A program made the translations under genes and the position numbers. The notes under the pieces were generated by a model, which was not told where the DNA came from, searched no databases, and worked only from the letters and a program-made list of their open reading frames with translations. DNA of 64,000 nt from a virus: IMG/VR virus record IMGVR_UViG_3300017917_002740, positions 1 through 64,000 of that record; one strand, written 5' to 3'. Below are positions 48,297 through 57,897 of this stretch, piece after piece; within the stretch, counting starts at the first letter, position 1; each line of letters opens with the position of its first letter.

Positions 48297-49313
48297 TAAT
48301 TTAGCTTGTTCATAAAGTGCAAAGCTGGCCAAGTTTTTGGCTTTGCTTTCGCACATTATGTCTGCCACAGGTCTAAAACTCAGTGCCCATTCATTTGCTG
48401 CGGTATTCCAGTAGAAATTTGAATGAGCTCTGAGTTTTGCTTTCTTGTGTCCGCTTTCCATTAGCGTATGAAGATTGGGAAGTTGCTCATCGGGATGGCC
48501 AACAAGATGTTCTTCCCGTGATACAGAATAATGTATAACAGGACGCTGACCACGCCAGCTGTCAACAATCCTTTTAACACGGTCGTCATTTGCTTCAATA
48601 TATTCTCCAGTTTTAATCCAGTGATGATGTATGTCTAATACCAAAGCACAATCTTTGACTAATTCAAGGCTGTGTTCGATACCCCAAGTCATTTCATCGT
48701 TTTCGATAGTTAGTGTATTACGAGCTTCGGGTGTCATGCGAGCCAAGGCAGCTCGAATGCCATCGGGGCCACGGCGTCCTGCAATATGTACGTTAATCTT
48801 AAAGTCTTGAAACGTTTTCCCATAGCCCATCCATCGAGCCATATCTACGTGATATTCAAATTCTTCAATAGAACGATTTACAATATCATCTGACTCAGAT
48901 GCCAACACGCAAAACTGCCCAGGATGAAAACTAACCCTAACATTCCTCTCGCGAGCCAAATTCCCCACACGCCCAAATGCTCTTTCACAATAGGCTCGGA
49001 CATCGGGAGTCCGCCAAAACCAACTCCAAGTTGGCTCAGTGTACACAGGAAGGCAATCGCTGCCGAGTCGTACCATTCTAAGATCTTCATCAAGTTCTCC
49101 TACTCGTTCGACCAGTAGTCGAAACGATTCTATATTTTGTTCCATTAATGACCACAGTTTTTCTGTGGCTACGTCCTTACTTTGTCTATTCAGCCAGGCT
49201 ACAGTTGTAGATCCGGTGTTGTATTTTTTACAGTCGTCTTTGGGTTTAATACCATCTACTTGTGCAGGATGGTCAATCCATTTACAGGCAAAGCCAATTC
49301 TTTTAGGCATCAT
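48285..49313 (-). CDS. uvsE: UV-damage endonuclease UvsE/UVDE
   Basis: RIGFAC, RVSFHPGQF, TIENDE, LVLDIHHHW, HYS, AHS, DIMCESK.K. Confidence 0.92.
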   Translation of the reverse strand: MMPKRIGFACKWIDHPAQVDGIKPKDDCKKYNTGSTTVAWLNRQSKDVATEKLWSLMEQNIESFRLLVERVGELDEDLRMVRLGSDCLPVYTEPTWSWFWRTPDVRAYCERAFGRVGNLARERNVRVSFHPGQFCVLASESDDIVNRSIEEFEYHVDMARWMGYGKTFQDFKINVHIAGRRGPDGIRAALARMTPEARNTLTIENDEMTWGIEHSLELVKDCALVLDIHHHWIKTGEYIEANDDRVKRIVDSWRGQRPVIHYSVSREEHLVGHPDEQLPNLHTLMESGHKKAKLRAHSNFYWNTAANEWALSFRPVADIMCESKAKNLASFALYEQAKLLGL

Positions 49314-49506
49314 CACTTCCACAGTCTATGCGCCACGGACAGCGCATTAGTACATCAGTTGAACAGTCATCCTCACCCCAACATTCTGGGGGTTCAGACC
49401 CGCGAAGCTGTTTAATTTCAGCATGAATCATCCAACGGAACTCATTGTTTTGACCAGAATTGGCCAATCGAGCCTCTTTGTCTAACAGTTGTTGAATAGC
49501 AGTCAT
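49303..49506 (-). CDS. small Cys-containing protein
   Basis: C-terminal CWGEDDC...CPW...C; leaderless start. Confidence 0.6.
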   Translation of the reverse strand: MTAIQQLLDKEARLANSGQNNEFRWMIHAEIKQLRGSEPPECWGEDDCSTDVLMRCPWRIDCGSDDA

Positions 49507-49512
49507 ACTACT

Positions 49513-49541
49513 ATTATAACACTGTTAGTGCCAATTGTCAA
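49513..49541 (-). promoter_or_regulatory. consensus sigma70 promoter TTGACA-17-TATAAT
   Basis: Plus-strand tgtcaa 49536-49541 and attata 49513-49518. Confidence 0.85.
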
Positions 49542-50328
49542 CTACAAATTTATCCTGAACGTCTTGTGGTTTGGGTTCGCCGTGAAACACAGTTACACAG
49601 CAGTCTGGATGCACTTCTACTGAGTGATCTGTTTCTTTGAACTGTCTTTTACCATTTAATACTACCAATTCTTCTCTACTACGTATTTCCCATTTGTAAC
49701 TTTGGATCCATTCTTTGGGCCAAAATTTTATCTGTGTCTGGCATAGTTTCCAAATCCAATCTTGATCACCTTGAAGTTTTTGAGCTTCTTTGGGATTCTC
49801 TTTAAATTTTTCCCAGATATGATGCTGAGTACCGTGATTCCAAGCCATTACAGAACTATTCAAATATTTCCATGATGCATAAAATTTTCTGTTGAAATCG
49901 TGTATTCCTAAAAATTCTGTAGGATATATTTTGGCCAACTTGTCTATGTTGTTATGAATAACTACGTCTAAGTCGAAATAAAGAATTCTTCCCCGTAATG
50001 GTAATCTTGCATCAAACATATGAACCTTATGCCACCAACCCTTTTGATATTGTGCATTAGGTTGATAAATGGTAGTAACACCTTCAATGTGATGTTGATC
50101 GTCGGTTAAACAATAAAATTCGTAGGGTACAGTAAGATGTCGCGAAACCATATTTCGCAAACGTTCTACATATTCCTTACTATATCGATTACCAAATCTT
50201 ACGCAAAGAACATTAATTTTCTCAGTGGAGTTTCCAAATAGCTCTGATAAATCTTCTGGAGAACTATTACCTTTGGCTAATCTTTTTTCAGCTTTAAGCC
50301 TGCGCTTTTCTTCTTTTGACAATTCCAT
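49525..50328 (-). CDS. GT-A fold glycosyltransferase (GT8-like)
   Basis: CLTDD, GWW.K, LYFDLDVVI (DxD), NSSVM, GDQDWI, FHGEPKP. Confidence 0.85.
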   Translation of the reverse strand: MELSKEEKRRLKAEKRLAKGNSSPEDLSELFGNSTEKINVLCVRFGNRYSKEYVERLRNMVSRHLTVPYEFYCLTDDQHHIEGVTTIYQPNAQYQKGWWHKVHMFDARLPLRGRILYFDLDVVIHNNIDKLAKIYPTEFLGIHDFNRKFYASWKYLNSSVMAWNHGTQHHIWEKFKENPKEAQKLQGDQDWIWKLCQTQIKFWPKEWIQSYKWEIRSREELVVLNGKRQFKETDHSVEVHPDCCVTVFHGEPKPQDVQDKFVVDNWH

Positions 50329-51133
50329 CGATTTCTATCAGTTCTTCCAAAATGTTGTAAAGATTATCAATTTTAATCATATTAGGTCCGTCGCTGGGAG
50401 CGTTATCTGGATCTTCGTGGCACTCCATGAAAATGCCTGCAACTGATCCGGTAGCTACAGCGGCCCTCGCCAAGTAGGGTACCATCTCGCGATCTCCGCC
50501 TGAGACTGTTCCCATTCCGCCAGGCTGCTGTACAGAATGTGTTGCATCAAAGACAACGGGATAACCAGTACGTTCCATAATAGGTAAACTGCGCATGTCA
50601 ACCACAAGATTATTGTATCCATGAGTATATCCTCTTTCACAAAGCATGATGCGTTCATTACCAGTTGATGCTATCTTGGCTGCAACGTTTTTCATATCAT
50701 GCGGAGCAAGGAACTGTCCTTTTTTAATATTAATAGCTCGACCAGTATTTCCAGCAGCCAAAAGCAAGTCGGTCTGTCTGCAAAGAAAAGCAGGAATTTG
50801 TATAACATCAACTCCGGCATCTGCTATTAATTCTGCTTGATAGGATTCATGAATATCTGTAAGTACAGGAATACCAAACTCGTGTTTAATTGAATTAAGT
50901 ACCTTAAGGCCTTCATCGATACCTATTCCTCGTTTAGTTCCTATACTGCTTCTGTTGGCTTTATCGAAACTGCTTTTATAGATAAGATCAATATCTAATT
51001 TATCGCAGATATCTTTGATACGACCTGCAGTTTCTTCTGCATGATCTTGGCTTTCTATTTGACAGGGACCAGCAATGAGAAAAAATTTATTTTCATTGCT
51101 GGCAACGATTCGGTTAATTGAAAATGTACGCAT
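50294..51133 (-). CDS. kdsA: 3-deoxy-D-manno-octulosonate 8-phosphate synthase
   Basis: IAGPCQIE, KSSFDKANRSS, QIPAFLCRQTD, KKGQF, FDATHSVQ, ECH.DPDNAPSDG; probable ATG at 51133. Confidence 0.95.
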   Translation of the reverse strand: MRTFSINRIVASNENKFFLIAGPCQIESQDHAEETAGRIKDICDKLDIDLIYKSSFDKANRSSIGTKRGIGIDEGLKVLNSIKHEFGIPVLTDIHESYQAELIADAGVDVIQIPAFLCRQTDLLLAAGNTGRAINIKKGQFLAPHDMKNVAAKIASTGNERIMLCERGYTHGYNNLVVDMRSLPIMERTGYPVVFDATHSVQQPGGMGTVSGGDREMVPYLARAAVATGSVAGIFMECHEDPDNAPSDGPNMIKIDNLYNILEELIEIDGIVKRRKAQA

Positions 51134-51155
51134 ATAATTATTTATGCGGAAATTT

Positions 51156-51641
51156 TTAACCTTCGTAGGTTGCTGAGTTAGCACCGTGTTCAAATACTTC
51201 AACAGATTTAATACGCACAGTTGGATTGATTGGATAGCGCATATTTCCTCCGGCTAATAGTTCAGCCATCTTGTCGAAGCACAATTTAGCAAACATTTCG
51301 CAGCCAACAGCCGGAACAATTCGTAGATCGCAGATGCCGCTGTCATTAAAGCCACCTTTGATTTCATTTAACTGTTTGAACAGTTCTAAATGAGGATCAT
51401 CTTCTGCAACAACTAAGGTGTGATCAAACATGTAATCGGCCCAAGTTTTAAATTCCTTAAGACCACCAAAGTCCATACACCAATTTTTGTCATCTAACGT
51501 ATCGCACTCAAATATAAGTTTGATGCCGATCGAGTAACCATGCAGCGTCGAGCAATGACTGTGAGTGGCACGCCATTGTCTAAAGCAGCAACTCAGACCT
51601 CTGTCGTTGCCATATGTTTTTGTTGAATAAAATTTCGCCAT
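51156..51641 (-). CDS. queD: 6-carboxy-5,6,7,8-tetrahydropterin synthase QueD
   Basis: HCSTLHGYS, MDFGGLK, FDHT, E..A, VEVFEH..NSA.Y. Confidence 0.88.
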   Translation of the reverse strand: MAKFYSTKTYGNDRGLSCCFRQWRATHSHCSTLHGYSIGIKLIFECDTLDDKNWCMDFGGLKEFKTWADYMFDHTLVVAEDDPHLELFKQLNEIKGGFNDSGICDLRIVPAVGCEMFAKLCFDKMAELLAGGNMRYPINPTVRIKSVEVFEHGANSATYEG

Positions 51642-51675
51642 CTCTTGCCTCCTGTAAATTAAGCGAGTAAGTTTG

Positions 51676-51723
51676 ATGACTTGCAGAATATTTAAAGAGG
51701 GTTGAAAGTCATTGAAGTCCTCT
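51676..51723 (-). ncRNA. preQ1-I-like pseudoknot in the queD 5' UTR (candidate riboswitch variant)
   Basis: P1 AGAGG/CCUCU; loop AUGACUU pairs with downstream AAGUCAU; A-rich linker. Confidence 0.55.
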
Positions 51724-51729
51724 ATAGAA

Positions 51730-52368
51730 CTATTGTACTACAGAACTATTTATGAAATCAACCTCAAGTTGAGCAATGTTCTTGAAATTAACATTTGATC
51801 TTTGCCAATCTTGAGGAGTTATCCAATCGGATTTGTTGAAGATATTAAATTTAATATTAGGATAATGAATGAAAATTTGAGAAATTTGATAAACCCAATA
51901 CGAATAGTCTACAGCCTGCGAACCAGCTTTGGCATAATTACTCGTATTTTTATAGATGTTATTAACTTTTTCATTATTGGGATATAGATCAAAACCTAAT
52001 AAGTCAACATTTTCGAAACCTAAATGTGCTGCCAACAACACAGCATAACAACCACTACCCCAGTGATCTGGTTGATCTCTTTTCAGTTCTCCAATTTTTG
52101 GTATTGGCGGAAGATGACAAATATTTTTATTTTTTAATATTTTGCGAAAATAATGATACCAGTTATCTCGAACGTATATTTGAGTGTTTTCAATATTGGG
52201 ATTTTTTACAGCTTCGTCGGCCATTCTTCGATCACAGCAGATAAGATGATCAACTTTATAATCTCTATGAATAGCGTTACAGCCTATGATAGTGTAATGG
52301 GATTGCCAAGTGGTTAGGTTTATATTTTTACGACTTTCGCCGTTGCCTACTACTAATGCTTGAGACAT
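51730..52368 (-). CDS. Maf/DUF115 (MptE-like) or GT29-like sugar transferase-fold protein
   Basis: LVVGNGESR, IIGCNAI.RD, DHLICCD, SG..A..LA..LG...V.LLGFD. Confidence 0.6.
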   Translation of the reverse strand: MSQALVVGNGESRKNINLTTWQSHYTIIGCNAIHRDYKVDHLICCDRRMADEAVKNPNIENTQIYVRDNWYHYFRKILKNKNICHLPPIPKIGELKRDQPDHWGSGCYAVLLAAHLGFENVDLLGFDLYPNNEKVNNIYKNTSNYAKAGSQAVDYSYWVYQISQIFIHYPNIKFNIFNKSDWITPQDWQRSNVNFKNIAQLEVDFINSSVVQ

Positions 52369-53210
52369 TATTCGATTCTACCGAAACCGCTCCATAGGCC
52401 TGGATTGCCCGCTCTTGTACAAACCCATCCTACAAATTTTCCAGGATCTGGATTTGAATTCCACATAATATCACCTTCAGTAAATGTACCACCTTGTGGA
52501 GGCTCTAATCCGCTTAGATGAATTTTATCATTGAATTTAATAGGACCGCTGACATGCAGATTGGTTCTGGGATCAATAGTGTTAACATTTACTCCAACTG
52601 ATCCTATTACAGAAACTTTAATAGGGCCTGTGCTGTAGTTACCTAATCTAATGTCTCCATTTGCTACGATAGTTAGTCTTGGCGTGTTGTCTGTTACTAA
52701 CTCTAAATCTGCAGAATTAAATGTTCCAATACTTCCTACATTTGGTTCGCTGGCACCTAAGACTAACTCGATATTCATGTCAACAATGCTTATAGGAGCT
52801 TTAGGTTGATCGGTACCGATTCCTAATCTATCAGTGTTGGCATCGTAAAATAGATATTGATTTATACTAACGGAACCATCAACTAATAGTCCATTAAGTC
52901 TACCTACTTCTCGTAGATAACTTTTTGTTACAGTAGGACCTAATTCATTCTCGTTGAGAACTTTAATGTTATTCATCATTAAAGATTTCCCACGTGCAAG
53001 ATCTAAATCTTCAGATACAAAAAATCTATTAGGATTATCTATAAAAATAAATTGTTTATTATTGCCCTGTCCAGACCAAATTAAACCTTTGCCAACAATG
53101 TCTCCTTTAAAATTAATAAAAGGCACTTCTGCGACATCGACATCTTTACCAGATTCTAAAACTTCTCTAAGAGAACTTAACAGGGTTTCAATTTTATCAG
53201 ACATGATCAA
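52368..53210 (-). CDS. structural/fibre-like protein, paralog of 53207-54310
   Basis: Shares GKGL.WSG.GN.KQFIF, LGPT.TKS.LR.VGRL.GL.VDG and GWVC..AG.PGLW. Confidence 0.7.
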   Translation of the reverse strand: MIMSDKIETLLSSLREVLESGKDVDVAEVPFINFKGDIVGKGLIWSGQGNNKQFIFIDNPNRFFVSEDLDLARGKSLMMNNIKVLNENELGPTVTKSYLREVGRLNGLLVDGSVSINQYLFYDANTDRLGIGTDQPKAPISIVDMNIELVLGASEPNVGSIGTFNSADLELVTDNTPRLTIVANGDIRLGNYSTGPIKVSVIGSVGVNVNTIDPRTNLHVSGPIKFNDKIHLSGLEPPQGGTFTEGDIMWNSNPDPGKFVGWVCTRAGNPGLWSGFGRIE

Positions 53211-54310
53211 CTATTTCCAATTTTGCCAAAGGGTTCCCATAGACCTGGTGTTCCGGCTTGAACACAAACCCAACCTACGTATTGATTAATTTTTGGTTCT
53301 GAATTCCACACAATATCTCCGGCATTGTATGATCCAGCAGTAGGAGATGAACGATCAACTCTCTGTAACCTATTTCCAAACTTAACTGATCCTGCAACAT
53401 GAAGATCGACATCTGGATCAGGAGTATTCACTTTGATCGATAATTTTCCATGAACTGAAACCTGTACTGGTGGAAGTTTAGGATTACCTAAAGAAATATT
53501 ACCAGCAGAAGAAACAGAAATTCTTGTGGTATTATCTGTAACTATATCAAAAGTGTGACTGGCATATGTACCGATAAACCCTTTGCTAAAATCTTTACTT
53601 CCTAAAACAATCTCAATACCGTCTTCTACAATTGCAAACGCAGAGTGGGGTTCTTCTGTTCCTAATCCCAATCTGTTTGTTTCGTTACTAAAATTTAAAT
53701 ATTGTCCAATTGAAACATCACCGTCAACGATTAAACCTTGTAATCTACCTACTTGTCTAAGATGACTCTTGGTAATGGTTGGACCTAATTCTTCTTCGCT
53801 GAATAATTTTATTCCGTTAACAGTAACACTTTTGCCTCTGCCTAAATCGATGTCTTCTGAACTAAAAAATCTATCAGGATTTGATGCAAAAATAAACTGT
53901 TTGGTATTACCAGCACCGGACCATAATAATCCTTTGCCTTCCAAGCTATCTCCTGAAAATACAATAGGAGTGTCTTTTTCAAATTTTATATCGGCTCTGA
54001 TTTCTTTTACTTCTAATATATTAGTTTTAAGAGTACCAGATACTGTGAGGTCGTCGATATGTTCGGCCTTTAAATTTCTAATATGTACACCGTCGTCTTT
54101 GACCGTGATCTGAGTCTTTGATGCCTGATCGGAAATTCCTGCACTACTAAAATTTTGTACAGTGCCACCGTTGATATGATCGCCGCTTAGGGATCTTAAA
54201 GGAATTTTTTTAACAAAGGACTTGGGATCAGTCATAAAACTGTCTGGCTCCATGCCCTTTAATGCATCCGCCAGTGCCGCTAAGGCTTGATCAATGTTGT
54301 TTTTGTTCAT
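53207..54310 (-). CDS. structural/fibre-like protein
   Basis: RLGLGT..P fibre-type motif; late box at 54318-54323; probable start MNKNN. Confidence 0.7.
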   Translation of the reverse strand: MNKNNIDQALAALADALKGMEPDSFMTDPKSFVKKIPLRSLSGDHINGGTVQNFSSAGISDQASKTQITVKDDGVHIRNLKAEHIDDLTVSGTLKTNILEVKEIRADIKFEKDTPIVFSGDSLEGKGLLWSGAGNTKQFIFASNPDRFFSSEDIDLGRGKSVTVNGIKLFSEEELGPTITKSHLRQVGRLQGLIVDGDVSIGQYLNFSNETNRLGLGTEEPHSAFAIVEDGIEIVLGSKDFSKGFIGTYASHTFDIVTDNTTRISVSSAGNISLGNPKLPPVQVSVHGKLSIKVNTPDPDVDLHVAGSVKFGNRLQRVDRSSPTAGSYNAGDIVWNSEPKINQYVGWVCVQAGTPGLWEPFGKIGNS

Positions 54311-54332
54311 GATAAGGTATTTATCAATAAAC

Positions 54333-54358
54333 AAAAAGCGGGCACTTGGCCCGCTTTT
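54333..54358. terminator. intrinsic bidirectional terminator
   Basis: aaaagcgggc-acttg-gcccgctttt perfect 10-bp stem. Confidence 0.85.
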
Positions 54359-54375
54359 ACTGAGGATTTACTTTG

Positions 54376-55557
54376 TTATTGTACTCGTAATAGGATAGTT
54401 TCTTCGTTTAAACGACCGTTTAGTTTAATATCTACTGCTTTAATGTCGTCTAAGAACTTGCGTAAAGCTACTTTACCTGCGCCTTTGAACTCTTTGAGCT
54501 GTTCTTCGGGTTTACGTAGAGTCTTAGCCACGCTTTTATTCTCGTCAAAGTTAATAATAGATGTACCTTTTACGCTGAGATCGCTGTATTCAGAGGCTAC
54601 ATATTTGCCCAACTTACGAGTCTTAACATTAAAAACCCATAATTCTTTAGCACCAATAATGTCTACAGGATTAATTGAAACAAGTTTGAGCTTATCATCT
54701 TGTTTCAAATATTTTACTTTGGCAACAAGTTTAGCTTTATCTGTGGGTTTCTTGGCACGTGGCTTACGATTAACTTTGGCTTCCTGTGCTAACATATCGC
54801 AGGCAGAAATAATCTCACCGTAAAACTGTGTGATCTTTTTAATTTGAGGTTTTGTCAAATGACTGTAAGCTTCTTTGAGTTGCTCACATTCTCCATCGGC
54901 CAATTCGAGATATTCATCATATTGACGCTGATAATAGTCTTTGATCACACGAGCATGAGCTGCCTTGGCCTGTTTACCACGCAAAAGATTAAGAACTTTA
55001 AACGCTTTAGGGTCGAATGTTTCAGGGTCCTGACTAAAGATTTCTAACGCATCTTCTAATTCTTCGGTCATAGCATAGGCAGCATCGCGAAGTCTTTCCT
55101 GAATTGAAGGAACATATACTGCAGGTTTGTCCTCTACAACAGCAGTTTCATCTACGATTTCGTCATCTTTACCTTCGGACACAACTCGAGCAATCTGCTC
55201 ACGCAACCAAACGGTAGAATCTCGACCATCGTTAAAGTCTGCGCGAACAGCAGGCATGCCTCTCAATAGATTGGCAGCAATAGAACCCATGGTTAAATTA
55301 CAACGATTGTCCTTGGTATCTTTAAATGCTTTAATTTGATCTTTGGTATAACCATTTTGTTGCATCCAGAGTACAACTTTTGGTTTCAAATCTTTACCAG
55401 AAAAATCCAAACGATAGTGATCCATAGTAAGTCGGAATTGACGCATAAACTGATCAGTTGACCAAGATTCGTGTCCGTCCCATTTTGGACTGACATCTTT
55501 GCCTTTGGCCTTATCTACAGCCAGTTGAACAGCTTTGCTTCTGGATTTTGTCGCCAT
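54376..55557 (-). CDS. conserved early phage protein (393 aa), function unknown
   Basis: Own consensus promoter and AGGAG SD; C-terminal LWVFN.KTRKLG.Y...KTLRKP. Confidence 0.75.
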   Translation of the reverse strand: MATKSRSKAVQLAVDKAKGKDVSPKWDGHESWSTDQFMRQFRLTMDHYRLDFSGKDLKPKVVLWMQQNGYTKDQIKAFKDTKDNRCNLTMGSIAANLLRGMPAVRADFNDGRDSTVWLREQIARVVSEGKDDEIVDETAVVEDKPAVYVPSIQERLRDAAYAMTEELEDALEIFSQDPETFDPKAFKVLNLLRGKQAKAAHARVIKDYYQRQYDEYLELADGECEQLKEAYSHLTKPQIKKITQFYGEIISACDMLAQEAKVNRKPRAKKPTDKAKLVAKVKYLKQDDKLKLVSINPVDIIGAKELWVFNVKTRKLGKYVASEYSDLSVKGTSIINFDENKSVAKTLRKPEEQLKEFKGAGKVALRKFLDDIKAVDIKLNGRLNEETILLRVQ

Positions 55558-55589
55558 TTGAATGCTCCTATTTGTTTACTAATATAACT

Positions 55590-55618
55590 ATTATAACATC
55601 ATTTTAGTATAATGTCAA
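55590..55618 (-). promoter_or_regulatory. consensus sigma70 promoter TTGACA-17-TATAAT
   Basis: Plus-strand tgtcaa 55613-55618 and attata 55590-55595. Confidence 0.85.
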
Positions 55619-55801
55619 TCGTTCAATTTCTACGATATCGCCGGTTTCGGTTTCTTGATAGATAGTAACTGCTTCGATACCCTCTTGTTCGAGATGGGTT
55701 ATAGCAAGTTCTTTAGCTTCTTTTAAGCTTCTTGTCGTTTCAATTAGTTCTTCGTGGCCCAAATCGTCTTCGGACCAGACCTCATAAAGTTCCCAGGTCA
55801 T
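55604..55801 (-). CDS. small acidic hypothetical protein
   Basis: GGAG SD upstream. Confidence 0.6.
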   Translation of the reverse strand: MTWELYEVWSEDDLGHEELIETTRSLKEAKELAITHLEQEGIEAVTIYQETETGDIVEIERLTLY

Positions 55802-55820
55802 TTTGGTTTTATTAATCTCC

Positions 55821-56228
55821 TTAGTTATCTTTGGAATATGGCACAGGCACCCATCCCAGTTTATTTAAATCTTCTTTGATTTCTTCTGTTACTACACCTT
55901 CCGGAACATATCCACGTGCTTGAAATTCACGATCGATCTTGTCGGGATCATCGTCATCAAATGCTGCAAACCCACCCATTCCGGAGCAGTACCAATCCAT
56001 ATAGTCTTCTCCACCGCCACGTATTTCGGCAACTATTCCGCCAGCATAGCGCCAAGAGCAACTCCAAAGTTCGCTCTTCAAGATTGGAATAACATCCAAT
56101 TTCTGCCATTGCATATTACACAATGCCGAATAAAGATTTTGTGCATAAGATTTGTTTTCTCGAACTTTGATTAAAAACCATTCGTTCTTAAAAAGTTCAT
56201 CTTCTAAATTAGGACGATCAGAGTTCAT
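55821..56228 (-). CDS. hypothetical protein
   Basis: WSCSWR.AGGIVA...DYMDWYCSG. Confidence 0.7.
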   Translation of the reverse strand: MNSDRPNLEDELFKNEWFLIKVRENKSYAQNLYSALCNMQWQKLDVIPILKSELWSCSWRYAGGIVAEIRGGGEDYMDWYCSGMGGFAAFDDDDPDKIDREFQARGYVPEGVVTEEIKEDLNKLGWVPVPYSKDN

Positions 56229-57195
56229 GACACTTGTTTAAACCACGCCAGCGTTTAATACCAACAGCCTTTTCTCCATCTTCTTTCCAAGAGCGTCCAG
56301 TCCATTCACACATATGTTCAATTGGAAAAGGCCAAGTTGTGGATTCAAACTCACATTCGTAAGTACCTTTGTGAGAAGGTTTTACACTGACATCAAACCA
56401 TTCTGTTTTATCTTCGTCTGACCAGTCCGGTTCAGATTCACCAAACTCTTCTTTAAATTCGTTTACTATCTTTTCCAATTCTGCTGCCGGATCCCAAGAC
56501 TCGTCTTCTTCTGGCAACTCATAGCGTTCCCATTTACCTTCGTCGTCAACAATACGAACCATGACCATGTCAGAGCTTTTGCCATCAGTGCTACCGCCCC
56601 AGTTTTCAATCTCTTCACCGTCGTAGTATACACAGTTAACGATTTCTTCACCATCAATTTCTTCGTAGTGAAGTTCTAATTTTTCAATGTTAAAAGGTGC
56701 CTTTAATTCAATCTCACCTTCAAAAAAGGTACCTTTTTCGTTGCTACTTCCAACAAAGACCACTTCGCCTTTCTTTCTGCTTCCAATCCAGATTTCATCG
56801 TTGCAACACCAATCCGGCTCGCCATCGCATCCGCCACCTCCGATATCGTCGAAACTTTTTTCATATACAGTATTACCGTTTTCGTCTTCGATTTGTAAAG
56901 TTCCTGCACTTCTGCTCACACCATTAACATGTCCCATGTTATCACACTCGTACCAAGAGCCCGGAGTGAAGGGCAACTGATCAATATCTAAACCACGTTC
57001 TTCGGTGAATACATCATAGTCTCCCCAAGCTAAATCAACTATATCGATTCGATGTTTGAGGCAATAATCCCAGGCTTTAGGGTCTACGGTACCCATAACC
57101 TTCTCGCCACCGTAACCCCACATAGTGATTTTGTAGGTTCGTGGCGTGAATTTTAAAATTTCTAATAGTTCTTGTTTTTCTTCTTTAGTTGCCAT
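56218..57195 (-). CDS. acidic hypothetical protein
   Basis: 325-aa coupled ORF. Confidence 0.7.
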   Translation of the reverse strand: MATKEEKQELLEILKFTPRTYKITMWGYGGEKVMGTVDPKAWDYCLKHRIDIVDLAWGDYDVFTEERGLDIDQLPFTPGSWYECDNMGHVNGVSRSAGTLQIEDENGNTVYEKSFDDIGGGGCDGEPDWCCNDEIWIGSRKKGEVVFVGSSNEKGTFFEGEIELKAPFNIEKLELHYEEIDGEEIVNCVYYDGEEIENWGGSTDGKSSDMVMVRIVDDEGKWERYELPEEDESWDPAAELEKIVNEFKEEFGESEPDWSDEDKTEWFDVSVKPSHKGTYECEFESTTWPFPIEHMCEWTGRSWKEDGEKAVGIKRWRGLNKCHEL

Positions 57196-57526
57196 TGCGT
57201 GCCTCTCTGAAAGTTTTTACATCTTTTACTGCGGTCTTTAATGTTTCTGAATAGTTAAGCGCCTGCTGCTCGGTCATTATAACTGAACCTTCGTACTCTA
57301 CATAGCCTTTGGTTACCAAGGACCAAATGGTTTTCCAGCGATTCATCGACCACCATTTAGATTTAAGTTTAGTATAAGTTGTAACACTTACACCGGTATC
57401 ATCTGCTTCTACCCAAACATTGTGTTCGCAGTCTGAACCGCAACAAGAACAAGGAATAAGATAACTCTTAGAGTCACCATAGTCCCCACGTTTTAAAATT
57501 CCTTCTGCTGGTATTTGTGATTTCAT
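57185..57526 (-). CDS. hypothetical protein with Cys/His cluster
   Basis: CSCCGSDCEH. Confidence 0.65.
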   Translation of the reverse strand: MKSQIPAEGILKRGDYGDSKSYLIPCSCCGSDCEHNVWVEADDTGVSVTTYTKLKSKWWSMNRWKTIWSLVTKGYVEYEGSVIMTEQQALNYSETLKTAVKDVKTFREARNGN

Positions 57527-57741
57527 TGTAATGACGGCCCTGTAAATGTTTTAATATCATGTCTACGTTCATAGATACTATCGACCATGGCAAGATACTC
57601 ATCTTCTGGCAGTAGTGTTTTGTACATAGTTAAGGCCTGCACAGTTAATACTGCTGCCATTTCTAATGGATCATAATCAGAAATTAGCTGACTATGAATT
57701 TCCATATATTTCGCATACAACTCTTCGTGTCTATCCGCCAT
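57523..57741 (-). CDS. hypothetical protein
   Basis: Probable ATG at 57741 after AAGGA. Confidence 0.55.
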   Translation of the reverse strand: MADRHEELYAKYMEIHSQLISDYDPLEMAAVLTVQALTMYKTLLPEDEYLAMVDSIYERRHDIKTFTGPSLQ

Positions 57742-57897
57742 TTTTATCCTTTTGATGTCGATACTCTCTTTTAATCCACCACTTATATTTGTTCCAATAC
57801 TCTTGCATTCTATACGGTTGTTCACCAAAAGTCAAATGTTCTTCGCAGTTTTGATGCCAAAGGCGTTGTACCCAGAGTCTAAAACGAGTAGGATCTT

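Noticed and set aside
57745-57897. Gap of about 150 nt that might hold a small ORF or RNA
   Set aside because: No structure or motif I can support by eye; left unannotated
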